From: Amoebidium appalachense
Taxonomy: Eukaryota > Protista > Ichthyosporea
DNA: 64,000 nt
Direction of reading: 5' to 3'
Assembly: GCA_963693365.1 (NCBI GenBank)
Contig: CAVNZM010000001.1
Span: 13,564,418 to 13,628,417 of the forward strand
The notes beneath the pieces were generated by a model. It saw nothing but the letters and a program-made list of their open reading frames with translations, searched no databases and was not told where the DNA came from. Below, piece by piece: positions 1 through 11,872 of the stretch (position 1 is its first letter; each line of letters starts with the position of its first letter). Made by a program: the position numbers and the translations under genes.

Positions 1-98
1 CACACCCACCCCCACGGACGTCACAGACGACGCAGACTCTGCCTTTGAGAGCACCCTGTTGGCTCTCCGCAACCAAGCAAAACCCGTGACAAAGACAC

Positions 99-816
99 TG
101 ACATATACTAATCCGTCTCAGCAGATTAGCCTAAGTCTACGATCGAGATCGGGGGGGGGGGGGGGGGGGGGGAGGTGGCCCGGGTCCACAGATCATCAAG
201 ATCAAGTCCGGGGCCTCAAGATAGCTGTACAGCTGCGTGCATCTTGCCTCTGCCGGCGCAGGGCATTGGACCACGTCAGCCGGGACAGCCGTCCAATAGA
301 ATTCTAATTAGTGTGTAGGATAGATCGTAGGAGGACTTAGGAATGTGATTGTTCGGGCAGAAGCCCTTTTGTAAGGATTGGCAAGGTTTGATAGTATATG
401 TTGCCAAACGTATTTATATATGTAGATGTAGAGGAAAGGGGGGGAGGGAGGGGGGGGAGGATAGTATGAAATGTAGATTTAGACTCTGCGGTGCCACTAG
501 GGGGAGGGTGAGGGGTGAGACTTGGATAAATATATTAGTTGAGTAGATCGACTTAGCTCGTGCAGGCGCACGATAAAAGTAGATCGGAATGTTAATGGAA
601 TGTGGCATCGTAGGGGGCCAGGTGACGATGATCTTAGAGGGCACGGCCTTGATGGCCTCAGTCGTAACTTAGACTCAATCCGTACAGATCTAAGTTTGCC
701 CGTCGGAGCCTGGTCTTAATAAACTTTACCGTTTTTCTGTACACGTTCGTTCCTTTTCGTGTGGGTACACTTAGTAGAGTGCCGCGTCTCTAGTACACAT
801 ACATTAGGATACGACA
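99..816 (+). repeat. 5' LTR (718 bp)
   Basis: TGACATATAC...GATACGACA. Near-identical to 11873-12594; I see two substitutions plus a poly-G length difference. Confidence 0.97.
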
Positions 817-965
817 AACTACACCTTTCTTTTAGTGCGGTTTTTCGCGCTAGGGTAACGCGGTGACAGTTCCTTCTGGGCTGTTGCTACACCTCAAACA
901 CACAGAAAAAAAAAAAAAAAAAAAAACATAAACACAACCACACGAGTTAGGGCACACACCACACA

Positions 966-2300
966 ATGGCTAAGTTTAACGTAGACATGTTCTACGCATT
1001 GGCAGCGGAGGATAGCTCCCTGCACACACAGGTACCACAGGTTCATACACTAGACGTTAGACAGACCACAGCTTTCAGTTTTACACTCAAACACGACTCG
1101 GAAATCCCTAGGTGGCTTAGGACACTCCTAGCTAACACACCCACACTAGTGTTAGACACAAAGAAGGCCCCCACTGTGGCGGCCTCGTGCTTAATGATCA
1201 AACAGTGCATCGACCACAAAACAATGGCCGACTTATGCACCCTGATGGAGGAGCACCCGTACCGGGCCGAGCAGGCCCCCCAGGTGACGGCTCGTATATA
1301 CGAGCAGCAGTACGACGAGGGGAGGGACGAGATGGTGTCCCGGACACTCGGCCAGAAACGTCTGGCCGCACGGTTCATCCCCGACGACGAGGACGAGAAC
1401 AGCACCGACGACGTGGACGGGGAGCTCGAGGCCTTCACACGGCCGGAAAACGAGCTCGAGTATACGGCCCGGCTCGTCGGCCGATACCTGACGGCCGACC
1501 GGCGCCGTACCTTCCGGGCCCAGCTCAGAGAATGGAAGTATACCTTTCCCACACTAGATATGTCCCCCGTAGAAGCTCGTGCATTCTTTGAGAGGGAATA
1601 TCGGGTCTTTGAGGACCTTTGTGAGTTAGCTGGTGACGTGAGTGATAGGGAGAAATTCGAGTTTGCTCGTAAGGCTCTCTCTGTAAACACAGACACTGCA
1701 CGCATGTTTGGGGAGCATGATGATGTAGATGAGGTGGTGTTGCATGTTAAACGTCACTTGCTTGCCATGCACGAGGTGAAGTTCAATAAGAGGGATAAAA
1801 AGGAGGTGATGGAAGTAGACAAGAAAAAGAAGGAGAGTGGACAGAAGGGGGAAAAAGAGAAAAAAGAGGGTGAACAGCCAGATGCACTCACCATGTTGGT
1901 CAAGCAGGTTGCCGAGCTCTCCCAGGCCGTCTTTTCTGGCCGAGGGAGCTTCGGCTTCCGGGGTGGCCGTGGCGGCGACCGGGGTGGACACGGCGGTCGT
2001 GGCCGAGGTGGACGTGGAGGACAACAGCAGCAGTTCACCGAGAGGTTTGCCCCTTATCTTGCTCGTGGTGGTGGGCAGGGTAGAGGGAGGGGTGGAAATG
2101 GTGGTGAGAGAGGCCGAGGGGGGCAGGGGGGAAGGGGGGGCCGTGGTGCACACGGTGGGCCCCCCCAGCATGACCGGGCTCCCGGTTATGCTTTGCGCCA
2201 AGGTTTTGAAGTCCCCCCTGGCCCCTTCTTTGGTGCATGTTACTTTTGTGGCCGGCAAGGGCACTCTGCTGCATATTGCCGTAGTTACAAGAGCTATTGA
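966..2300 (+). CDS. gag: Gag (444 aa) with RGG-rich region and C-terminal CCHC zinc knuckle
   Basis: Intact ORF just inside the 5' LTR, ending in CYFCGRQGHSAAYC (CX2CX4HX4C). Confidence 0.9.
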   Translation: MAKFNVDMFYALAAEDSSLHTQVPQVHTLDVRQTTAFSFTLKHDSEIPRWLRTLLANTPTLVLDTKKAPTVAASCLMIKQCIDHKTMADLCTLMEEHPYRAEQAPQVTARIYEQQYDEGRDEMVSRTLGQKRLAARFIPDDEDENSTDDVDGELEAFTRPENELEYTARLVGRYLTADRRRTFRAQLREWKYTFPTLDMSPVEARAFFEREYRVFEDLCELAGDVSDREKFEFARKALSVNTDTARMFGEHDDVDEVVLHVKRHLLAMHEVKFNKRDKKEVMEVDKKKKESGQKGEKEKKEGEQPDALTMLVKQVAELSQAVFSGRGSFGFRGGRGGDRGGHGGRGRGGRGGQQQQFTERFAPYLARGGGQGRGRGGNGGERGRGGQGGRGGRGAHGGPPQHDRAPGYALRQGFEVPPGPFFGACYFCGRQGHSAAYCRSYKSY

Positions 2301-2434
2301 GTTCCGGGGGAGGGGGAAGCTGGGGTCACTGAGGGAGGGGGGGGGACAGTATCGGTCCCCCCCAGGTTGCAGAGAACCTTCACCCTCCCCCACCCCAGGT
2401 TAAGCTTCCCTTTGCCCCCTCACCGCCCCGATAC

Positions 2435-3352
2435 GTGTGGGAGCCGGGCATCGTCGTGGGTCCTCAAGACAGCGTCGAGGTGGTATGGCATGAATGTTTG
2501 TGGGGTGACTCTACCAAAGGTATGAATGGTGTGAATGTTTTGTGGTTGGGGGAGGTTCCCCAGCCACAAGTGGATGGTCTCAGTGTTTCTTGTCCCAACC
2601 CGGTGTTTATTCTAACCACACCGGAGGGGGTTTCTGTGCCATTGTTTCCGGGAGGGGGGGGGACACACACGAGTAAAGGGGGAAGGAGGGGGAAGGCACA
2701 GACACGTAGAAACACACCACCACAACAACATACGACGGTTGCAGACACACCTACACCCACACACACACCCACACATACACCAAACACACACACTCCACCC
2801 ACCCACACATCACACACACACACTCCACCACCACCCACACCACATACACACCCCACCCCACCCGTGCAGGCACCACAGGTAGGAATGTTGCACGTAGGTA
2901 TCGAGGGTGTGAGTCTTCGTGGGCAGGGATTGGGTGTGAGTGATGATGTGTTGCTTGAATTGGAGGAGGATTTAGTTGGTTTTAGCCGGCATTATATAGA
3001 CGTATGGTTAGCTGATGGTAAGTTGAAGGCTGTTGCTTTGCTCGATGGAGGGGCTCAGGTTAATTGTGTGCATGCTTCGTTTATTCGTCGTTTTAATCAG
3101 GCCGGGGGGGAAATTCCTATTTTAGATGCTTCTAGCACAGCCTTAGGTAGTGCTAATAATAGTAGTATGTCTGTGGAAGGTGTTTGTGTGTTGCCGTGTG
3201 AGATAGGTGGCCAGGCTATGCATGTTGCTTGTTATGTGGTTAAGGATTTAGCTCAAAGTGTTTTGTTGGGAGCCCCATTTTTCCGTAGACATGTGAATGC
3301 TTTGTTTGAACGTACGAATGTTTTAGAATTGCAGTCCGGCTTTAAAATTTAA
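2435..3352 (+). pseudogene. pol: Pol segment: retroviral-type aspartic protease, frameshifted relative to neighbouring segments
   Basis: ALLDGGAQVN active-site motif and VLLGAPFF C-terminal motif. Confidence 0.85.
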
Positions 3353-4079
3353 AACCCATGATGGGCTCGACGGTTATCAGTCTGGTGCTAGAACGGTAGC
3401 TGAAGTAGTAATCGAGCCTTATCAGTGCCAAACGGTACGTGTCCGGGCCGGCAATCATGTTAGGATAGGGGATTTAGGGGTTTTTACTCCGAAAACCCCA
3501 TTTCAGGAGGTGGCCCAATGGACCCTTAGTAGGGTATGGCCGGATAAGACAATAGAAATAGAATTAGTGAATCCGGGCATCGAGCCTATAGTGATTAGGT
3601 CAGGTGTTTCCGTCGGTAGTTTCACTAATGAGATTGGTAGTATAGAGGTCTCTCTTATTACCCAAAAGGAGGATGCCGGCTCGAAGGGTGACTCAGGAGG
3701 AGGGGGAACAACTTTATTTAACGTTAGCCACCAAAATGTCACCCGACACGATGGGGGGGGGGACCGGGACAGCACCGGTCCCACTCCCCCGAGCCCCAAG
3801 AGGAAGGAGGGTCACCCCGGGTGTGAGAATGTGCAGGCAGGGGGGAGGGTGTTGGTCTAACCCGTGGATCTGACGGGTTAACCAACACCGTGGGGGGCAG
3901 GGTGGCCACAGACCTGGCCCCCCACATACATGCACTAACTCATCAGGAATTGCCCGGGGGCATTGGTGTGCCGGGGGGAGGGGGGGGTGCTAAGGGTGAG
4001 GTTTTATTTGTGGAAATTATTGACATAAATATTTTTCTGGGTAAACACGTAGGATGGGTGTTCGATACCAACATAACCA

Positions 4080-4330
4080 TGTAGGCTTCATTTCGTGTTT
4101 TAGCAGTTAGCGGTTGGCTGCCCGCACACGGGCACCTATTAGCCAGTCAAAACATCAGATACCACAGATCACTAGACCGAGTTATGATTGGCTCGGATCA
4201 GATTTCACATATCACTAGATCGATTTTTGATTGGTTCAGATCGGTAGGCTTAGGTATATAAGCACGACAGTTTTTAGCAGATCAGCAAGCTACAAACACA
4301 TCTTCTGTGTTTAGCATCCACAGCCTTACA
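4080..4330 (+). other. Solo-LTR-like, promoter-like segment within the PR-RT spacer
   Basis: Starts TGTAGGCT and ends AGCCTTACA (imperfect inverted ends). Two ~44-bp imperfect repeats each contain GATTGG (reverse CCAAT), followed by TATATAA at 4255-4261. No TSD found. Confidence 0.35.
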
Positions 4331-5366
4331 GCTATATATTCCTTTTCACCCACCCACCTACACCCACACACAACCCCCATTGATCCACACATACGTGCTG
4401 TTTTTTCACGGGGCGAAGCCTTCCCCCGTTTTTTGGGCACATGGACCTCACGGATCAATAAATTGATGACTGGGGGCTTGCCGTGGTTTACAACCATTGC
4501 AGGTTCACTTTCGTCCAAGGGGATGCCATCCCCCTAGAGGCAACACACGTCCCGGAGTAGTTTTTCATAGACCGCCTATATCCGGAGGTACCTCAACCTC
4601 ACCCCGAGCAGCACCGATGTAATACAGGAGGTGAAATGTTAAGTGGCACTCCGGTGAATAAGGATGCATCCACTTGTGATGGGGGTAACCCGGAGTTAGT
4701 ATTGCCGTTTGGTATGAAGGAGGGGGATTGGACGGTAGAACAGAAAAAATTGCTAGCTAAGTTATTTGATAGGACTCGGTTTGCATTTCTGGCCGATGAT
4801 AACGAAGTAGGCTTCGTTAAAGGGTTTGAAATGCAGATCGACACAGGTGATAATAGGCCGGTAGTGATGCCTAGCTATAGAATGGAGCAGTATAAATTGT
4901 CGGATGCGCTAATAATAGTTAGTGATATGTTAAAAAAGGGTCATGTGGAGCATAGTTCGAGTCCGTGGAGAAGTCCGGTGCTATTGGTTAAGAAGCCCGA
5001 CGGGTCTTGGCGTCTAGTGAACGATTACAGGGCTCTGAATCGGATCACTAAGGCAGACCAATGGCCTCTCCCTAACATAGACGAGCAGCTTTCACAGCTG
5101 CACGGCTATACTCACTTTGCTAAACTTGATTTAAAAGCAGCTTTTTGGCAGATAAGGTTGGAGGAGAGCAGCAAGGAGAAGACTGCCTTTGCACTGGGTG
5201 ACCAGCTGTTCCAGTACAAGGTGGTGCCGATGAGTTTGCTCTCCTCTCCAGCTATGTTGTGCCGGGTAATGTATAAAATTCTCCACCCTCATTTGGATGT
5301 ATGCCACCCTTATTTGGATGATGTTTTAATTAAAGGTAGGTCATTTGAGGAGCTAGTTAATAATTT

Positions 5367-5846
5367 TGTAAACAGTTGGACTAGTTAGGATAAGGCAGAG
5401 TACAACTGAATCAAAATAAAGACAGAGAACGGGTAGAAAGGCACACGCGGCCAGGTTGCTTTTACTATGGGCCGACTCAGTCTGTCTCAGACTTCACTGA
5501 TGTGATCCCCGTACTGGGACGGCTTTGTTATATAGCCCCCAGGTTTCGGATCAAGGCCCAGGATTGCTTCATCCGCGGCCAGCGCGGGTGGCAACATGCC
5601 ATTCGTGATTCTGGTGCGGTCCAAGCCAGTCAGACCTTCGTCCTATTTATGCAAACATCTTATTGGTTCACTTCGTTTATGTGGTATGCAGCGGTAGAAT
5701 CATACATGGTTCATTTCTTAGGTAAGATTGATTCCTATTGGTGTGGACATAATATTTATGTGATATTCATGACAAAGAACGAATTGTGTGCTAGTAGATC
5801 ACATTCTTTAGTAAACATGTACAGTTCATGTGTACAGTTGTTTACA
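5367..5846 (-). repeat. 3' LTR of nested element (480 bp)
   Basis: No difference seen from 8441-8920. Minus-strand TATATAA near 5528-5535. Confidence 0.95.
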
Positions 5847-6359
5847 CTCCCCCCCTTGTCGGGAGCCTGGTGGTGTCGTTAGACAAGCAAACCACCAGGC
5901 TGAGAGGCGATAAACAACCTTCAGCGAGAATTCTTGTGTGTGCCGAGCTGCTGGACAGAACAGAGCAAGGACGGTGGAATAGAGTTGTGCACGTCTATGA
6001 GCACTTCTTCATTTGCCAAAACGTAAATTCATGCAGCATTCTTCTGTGATTTCATTTTCGTGGCGAAGATTGTTGCAGAGTGTGCGTGCGAATAATTCGC
6101 TAAGCCTTCGTCTCTGTGCTTGGCTTTTCTGTAGAAGTAGTATTTTCCTTTTTGGGAATTTTTCCTTTTTAGGATACTCCCGCAGATTCGTTTTCAATTG
6201 CGAGTAATTTGGTTGTGTGGATGAATGATCATACCAAACATTCGATAATGAATATAACTCGAGCCTTAGGTCACTTCGTAGCTCAGGTAGTGGTGGATAG
6301 CTTCAAGGCTTAGCCACTGCTCCTTATCCCGGTTCTACCATAAGACTGTAAGGCGAGTC

Positions 6360-6510
6360 ACCATGGCCGGAAAAGCCGCTTCTTTCATGAACAAATAGCA
6401 CTTCTTTCCTTTCAGCTTTAACTCTGCATCATCGGAGCTGGGAAAAACATGAATAAAAATGCCCAAGTGTTCTTCGTTGGGCGACATAAAGAAATATATC
6501 ACCCGTCAGA
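6360..6510 (-). pseudogene. Degenerate RT relic inside the nested element
   Basis: Minus strand reads ...EEHLGIFIHVFPSSDDAELKLKGKKCYLFMKEAAF..., resembling the Gypsy RT EEHL...LKLK..KC.LF...FLGH region. Confidence 0.65.
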
Positions 6511-8428
6511 ACCAGTAAAAGCCCGGTTCATAATTCATAAGAAGAGGGTAGGCAAAGCAAGCCTCCTTCAGAAAACACATGCTTCCATTCGTGAGCAGTT
6601 TTCGTATCCCATTTGCCAGCCATTTTCGTTGAGCAGGGGGATTCCAGGCATAATACATTCTTCTGGAGGCTTGGCCTAAAAAGAAAAGTCGTCGGAGTCG
6701 CCCTTTCTTTTGTAAGCAACTTCGTGAGCGCGCTTCGTGTTTTCATATCCTCCAGTGCAGGTCTGGATGGTGCCCCATCCTCTGCTTCATTTGTAGGTGG
6801 CCCTACTGTAGGTTCTGTTCGTTGTGTGGAATACCAAAACCATTCGTATTCGTGGAACTGCTTTGTGCTGTGCTTTCTTTCGTGTTGGTGTTCATGAAGT
6901 TACCCCGTTCACACACCCTACTTCTTACATACATTAGATGTAAGTAGCTGCCTGGTGAGTGTGTGGTTCGTGTTCGTGGCATTCTTCTGTTCCTTCGTGA
7001 GAAGAATATTCGTTTTAGCAGAGGTGCCCAATAAGGCAGCTTGTGGGGTTGTCTCCCGCATGTGCCCATTGGTGGGGTATGCACGTGCTAAATTGTTACA
7101 GTGTCATCATATTGCAAGGGAATAACATGGTCACCTCCGTACCAGGGCCTAGTAGGTACACATGATGGTCCGATGTGTTAGTCAACAACACCTTGCATTC
7201 GTATTCGTATTTGTCTTCCACGTCACTTTCTTCAGTAGTGAAGGAGGGTATTCGTAATTCGAAACTGAAAGGCTTCCAGCCAAAATACTGACACTGTATG
7301 ATGGGGTTGTGAGGGAGCGGTGCCCATACCACATTCTTTTGTTCTGGTGGGGGTGTGCCGGCAGCTAGTGCAAGGCTTGACAGTGTAATTGGTATGTTAC
7401 ACCGTATTGCCACAGACGGGCATTCACCTTAAAATTCGTACCCAACACCTTCTTTGTTTTTCACATGCATGAACAAAAGTTCTGCATCGACTTTATTACA
7501 TGCCTTTTGTGCACCAAGAGTGCAAATTCGTTAGGGCGTGGCACCAGGAAGGGCCGCCATACATGAGTCAGGCATATGTTCGTAATGTGTTTAGGCATGC
7601 CAGCATACATTCATGCGCATGTTGTGCATCCTGGGCGCTAAACTATGGGGCATGCTGTATTCGAGAACAGCAAGGGATTCGAAGCATGCATGCAACACTA
7701 CTTTCACAAGATCTTAGGTCCTACATGCTATAGCAACAGCGACTATCTTCTTCGTTAAGTGCATTTGTGCTGAAAGTGGCCGTGCATCTGGCTTGCGAGT
7801 GTGGACGTGCATGCGGTGGCATGGACACGATGGCAGTGTGCAATAGGGCAATGCACGCAAGGGCAACGGTTTTATTTTCTTCCTAACATAGAGGGGGCTG
7901 TGTGCATTGCAACCCAAGCAGTGTTGTGCATTCGTTCTTTCATTTTCGTATTTCCAGTTCATTTTGCTTTCGTTTTTCGTTTTTTGTCGTTTGATAACTT
8001 CGTTACTTCGTTTTGTTTTCGTGTTGCATTCATTTCGTATTTCCTCTATGCAATCGTTTGTCGTTAATTCTTTATTTCATTGCGTATTCGTGATGGTTCG
8101 TTTTTCGTTGGTTCATTGCTTCGTTAGCAATTCTTTATTCGTTTGTTCGTGTATTCGTTGTTTCGTTGTGTATTCGTTTTTCTTCACATTTTTGATGTGT
8201 CGTAGCAAAAGAAGTTTTACATGCTTTCAATTCTTTCCGTGTAGGTGGGCTGGCCACTTCAAACTTGTAGGTGTATATATTCTAAGCCGGACAAGGAAAG
8301 ATGTGCCTATCATCGGGGTAAAAAGGATTGTGATCGGCCATGGGAGATTCTTGAGCTGATTGAAAGATGTGAGATTCTTGAACTGATTGAAAGATGTGAG
8401 ATTCGAAGGATGCGAGATTCTTGAACTG

Positions 8429-8439
8429 CGCGGTCGCCA
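8429..8439 (-). promoter_or_regulatory. Primer-binding site of the nested element, tRNA-Arg-like
   Basis: Minus-strand TGGCGACCGCG 1 nt after the LTR, complementary to a tRNA 3' end ...CGCGGTCGCCA. The Arg(UCG) assignment is inference. Confidence 0.75.
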
Positions 8440-8440
8440 A

Positions 8441-8920
8441 TGTAAACAGTTGGACTAGTTAGGATAAGGCAGAGTACAACTGAATCAAAATAAAGACAGA
8501 GAACGGGTAGAAAGGCACACGCGGCCAGGTTGCTTTTACTATGGGCCGACTCAGTCTGTCTCAGACTTCACTGATGTGATCCCCGTACTGGGACGGCTTT
8601 GTTATATAGCCCCCAGGTTTCGGATCAAGGCCCAGGATTGCTTCATCCGCGGCCAGCGCGGGTGGCAACATGCCATTCGTGATTCTGGTGCGGTCCAAGC
8701 CAGTCAGACCTTCGTCCTATTTATGCAAACATCTTATTGGTTCACTTCGTTTATGTGGTATGCAGCGGTAGAATCATACATGGTTCATTTCTTAGGTAAG
8801 ATTGATTCCTATTGGTGTGGACATAATATTTATGTGATATTCATGACAAAGAACGAATTGTGTGCTAGTAGATCACATTCTTTAGTAAACATGTACAGTT
8901 CATGTGTACAGTTGTTTACA
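8441..8920 (-). repeat. 5' LTR of nested element (480 bp)
   Basis: Direct repeat of 5367-5846. Confidence 0.95.
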
Positions 8921-9803
8921 TAATTGTGAAAAAGTATTTTTAGCTTTGGGTGAGTCTGGTCTTCGCATTAGCGGTAGCAAGACTGTGATTGGTGTGCCGG
9001 AGGTTAAGTTTTTAGGTCATATTGTGTCTAGTAATGGTCTTTCCCCTGATCCGGAGAAAATCCGGGCCATAGTTGAGTGGCCCCGTCCTCAGACTGTCAC
9101 TCAACTAAGGCAATTTTTAGGTTTAACTAATTATCTTCGTCGGCCCGGGTATATTAAGGATTATAGTATGCTTGCTTTGCCGTTAACTAGTCAGACGGGG
9201 GGGGAGAAAAAGAATAGAATAGATTGGAATGTTGATGCTGTTTCTGCTTTCGAAAAGCTTAAGTTAGCTTTGCAGTCTTCGAGTATGCTTGTTCATCCTG
9301 ATTTTTCGGCCGGGGGGGGGGATGTTTAAAGTTCGGTGTGATGCAAGTAAGGTTGCTGAGGGGGCCGTGTTATATCAAGTGCAGGAGGGGCAGGATAGGG
9401 TGATTGCTTATGCTAGTCGTTCATTTAGTAAAAGTGAACGTAGATATAGCAATCCGGAGAGAGAGTCCCATGCTATCTTTTGGGCAGTCTCACAGGCATG
9501 GAGGTATATACTCGCAGGCAGGACGTTTGAGGTCTACACCGACCACAAGCCCTGCCTTGCCATGGCCGGCACCACTCGTCTGGTCAACGAGAGGATGCAG
9601 AAGTGGGCCGCGGCTCTCGGTGAGTTCTCCTATAAATTGTTTTATGCCAAGGGTGAAACAATGGTTGACTGTGATGCTCTCTCTCGTGCTGCTTATATTT
9701 TGTTTGAAGAAGAGAAGGAGGGGGAGGGGGGGGCTAGTGAGAGACGGGGGGGGGGAGGGGGGGGGAAGGGGGGGGGGAGAGTGAGCAGAAAGGAATAGAT
9801 GCT

Positions 9804-11736
9804 GTGTCTGTTGATGTGTCTTCTTGGGCTCCGGGGTTGCTTGCTTATAAGTGTAGGGGAGGGGGGGGGAGGTATTTGTCAGTGTCTGAGGTCGGGACCG
9901 AGTCTCATGGCTCGGCCCCTGCCTTAGCACCTACGGCTTTGATCTTAGCTCAGGAGGAAGATGTGTTGATTGGTCTGGTTAAGAATTATTTAAAGGGGCC
10001 GGTTGATTCGATTAAATTTAAAAATAAAAGGCAGATGATTAAGGTAGCTAAGTTAGCAAAAATGTGTCAGGTAGAGCAGGATTTAGTTTATCATTGTTCT
10101 GGGCCAGACGGACACCGAGTTTGGGTCCCGACGGCACTTGTGCCTGAGGTTTTGCATATGGTGCATGAGCATCCCATGGCTGGTCATTTAGGTGTAAATA
10201 GGACGTTGCTTCGTGTTAATCGTTCGTATTTTTGGCCGGGTATGAGTAGGGAGGTGAGGGATTATGTGTTGTCATGCATGCATTGTCAGGAAAGGAATGA
10301 GAGTCCCCACTCTCGTTCCCGCCCGTCGTTTATTAGGGATTTTAATGTTCGTATGTTTGAAAGGGTAGCAGTGGATGTGGTCGGTCCTTTTAATTCTACG
10401 GTTGAGGGTAACACTGTTCTTGTTACCGTCACCGATGTGGCCACTCGTTGGGTTGAAGTTTTTCCTCTCCCCACTGCTAATGCCGTTTTGTTTGCTCGTA
10501 TTTTTGTGGATGAAATTTGTCTTAGGTTTGGTTGTCCTCGTGTTTTGTTAACGGATAGGAGTCGTGTGTTTTTAAATCAGTTGGTGTCGGAGGTGTGTAA
10601 AATTTTAAGGGTAGCTCATATCACTACGTCTGCATACTCACCCCCAAGCAAATGCCATCTCTGAACGTGTGCATGCAGTGTTTCAGAAGTCCTTTGGCAA
10701 AATGGTGGATGTGGAGGCTAATGATTGGGATCATATGTCTAGGTTTATTGCTCATTCATATAATTCTACCCCTCATGCTGTGACTGGTTTTTCTCCGTTT
10801 TATTTGGTCTATGGGCAGGAGGCTATTAGTTTGTTAGATACGGCACTTTTGCCGATGGGGGGGGCTGACCGACTAACTTATCCCCACTGGACTGAGTTCC
10901 GGGAGCAGCTACTAACCCGGGCCCGGGCTGCACGTGATGCAGCTCTGGCCCGTACACAGCAGGCACAGACACGTGCAGACGTGTCCACACGTCCGTTACG
11001 TGAATTTGCCGAGGGTACTTTAGTTTTAATTAGGGATCATACTAGGAAAAAGAGATATAAGCAGGAGCAGGAAGGTAAGGGGGAAGGTGAAGGTCTTCGT
11101 AAGTATGGTAAGAAATGGTTGCCTCTTTTCATTGGCCCGTATAAAATAGTGGCTAGGTTAGGTCCGACGGAATATAAGGTGCAGAGGTTAGATAATGAGA
11201 GTGATGTTCGATTTTATAATGTAGATGATATAAAGGAATATTATGATAGGGCCCTTAGGGTTAAACGGCCGGAGGGCCGTCGAGTGTTAGATGCATTCAC
11301 CCCCGACTATGACGGGTCGGTGGATGTATCGGAGGCTGCAGTAGATAAAATTATGGATAAAAAGGTTATCGAAGGTAAGGAAGGTAAGGTAAATTATTAT
11401 TTAATTCGTTTTGAGGGAGGTTATCAGGAAGATCAGTGGTTGCCTGAGTTTCATTTGGATTGCCCGTTTTCTATTCGTGCTTATGAGGCTAGATTAGTGC
11501 AGAGGGAGTTGCCTAGTGCTCCCTCTAGGCCAAAGAGAGTTATTCCTCAGTTTAATCGTGGTGTGAAAAAGTCGATGGGGGAGGGGGCCGGGGGGGGAGT
11601 GATGCAAATACACGTAGACACACGGGGGGAGGGGGAGGGGGGGGAGGAGACCGAGGAGGAGTGTGAACGTAGTCGTAGGAATTTAATTTATTATCATAGG
11701 TGTCTCCGTAGGTATCAAGCTTATGGTGTAGATTAA
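9804..11736 (+). pseudogene. pol: Pol segment: integrase with GPY/F motif and chromodomain; one frameshift near 10645
   Basis: HEHPMAGHLG...CMHC zinc finger; VDVVGPF, DVATRW, LTDR; FIGPYKI; chromodomain VDKIMDKK...YYLIRFEGG..EDQWLPEFHL. Confidence 0.9.
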
Positions 11737-11872
11737 TTTATTATTTTTTCTTCGTAATTTATTTAATTTAATTTTTTTTTAGGAGACTGATTAGTCTATG
11801 TCTTTTTAGGGGGTGTTAGATGTAATGTGACTGAGGTGGGACTCAGCTTTTCCGGGGGCCGGGGGGGGGAGT

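Larger units (their letters stand above)
5367..8920 (-). mobile_element. Non-autonomous LTR retrotransposon (3554 bp) nested in the host RT, reverse orientation
   Basis: Two 480-bp LTRs with TGTAAACA...TGTTTACA ends. TSD TAATT at 5361-5365 and 8921-8925, with one extra T at 5366. Minus-strand PBS at 8429-8439 and PPT at 5847-5857. No long ORF inside. Confidence 0.93.
4636..9798 (+). pseudogene. pol: Pol segment: reverse transcriptase and RNase H, split by the nested element and frameshifted at G-runs
   Basis: Motifs SPWRSPVLLVKKPDGSWRLVNDYRALN, KLDLKAAFWQI and YLDD. Removing the insert (with one TSD copy and the extra T) restores ELVNN|CEKVF. Then FLGHIVS, LRQFLGLTNY, CDASK, VIAYASR, TDHKP. 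Confidence 0.92.

Noticed and set aside
4450-4560. In-frame TAA/TAG in pol suggesting stop-codon reassignment
   Set aside because: Host gene models end at TAA, TAG and TGA and have no internal stops; decay or error is simpler.
5502-5882. Duplicated ORF MIPVLGRL... (also 8576-8923) and the ORFs at 349, 414, 12127 and 12192
   Set aside because: They lie inside LTRs; the duplication reflects the LTR repeat.
8344-8428. Short direct repeats resembling a CRISPR array
   Set aside because: No unique spacers or cas genes; these are tandem repeats in a retroelement leader.
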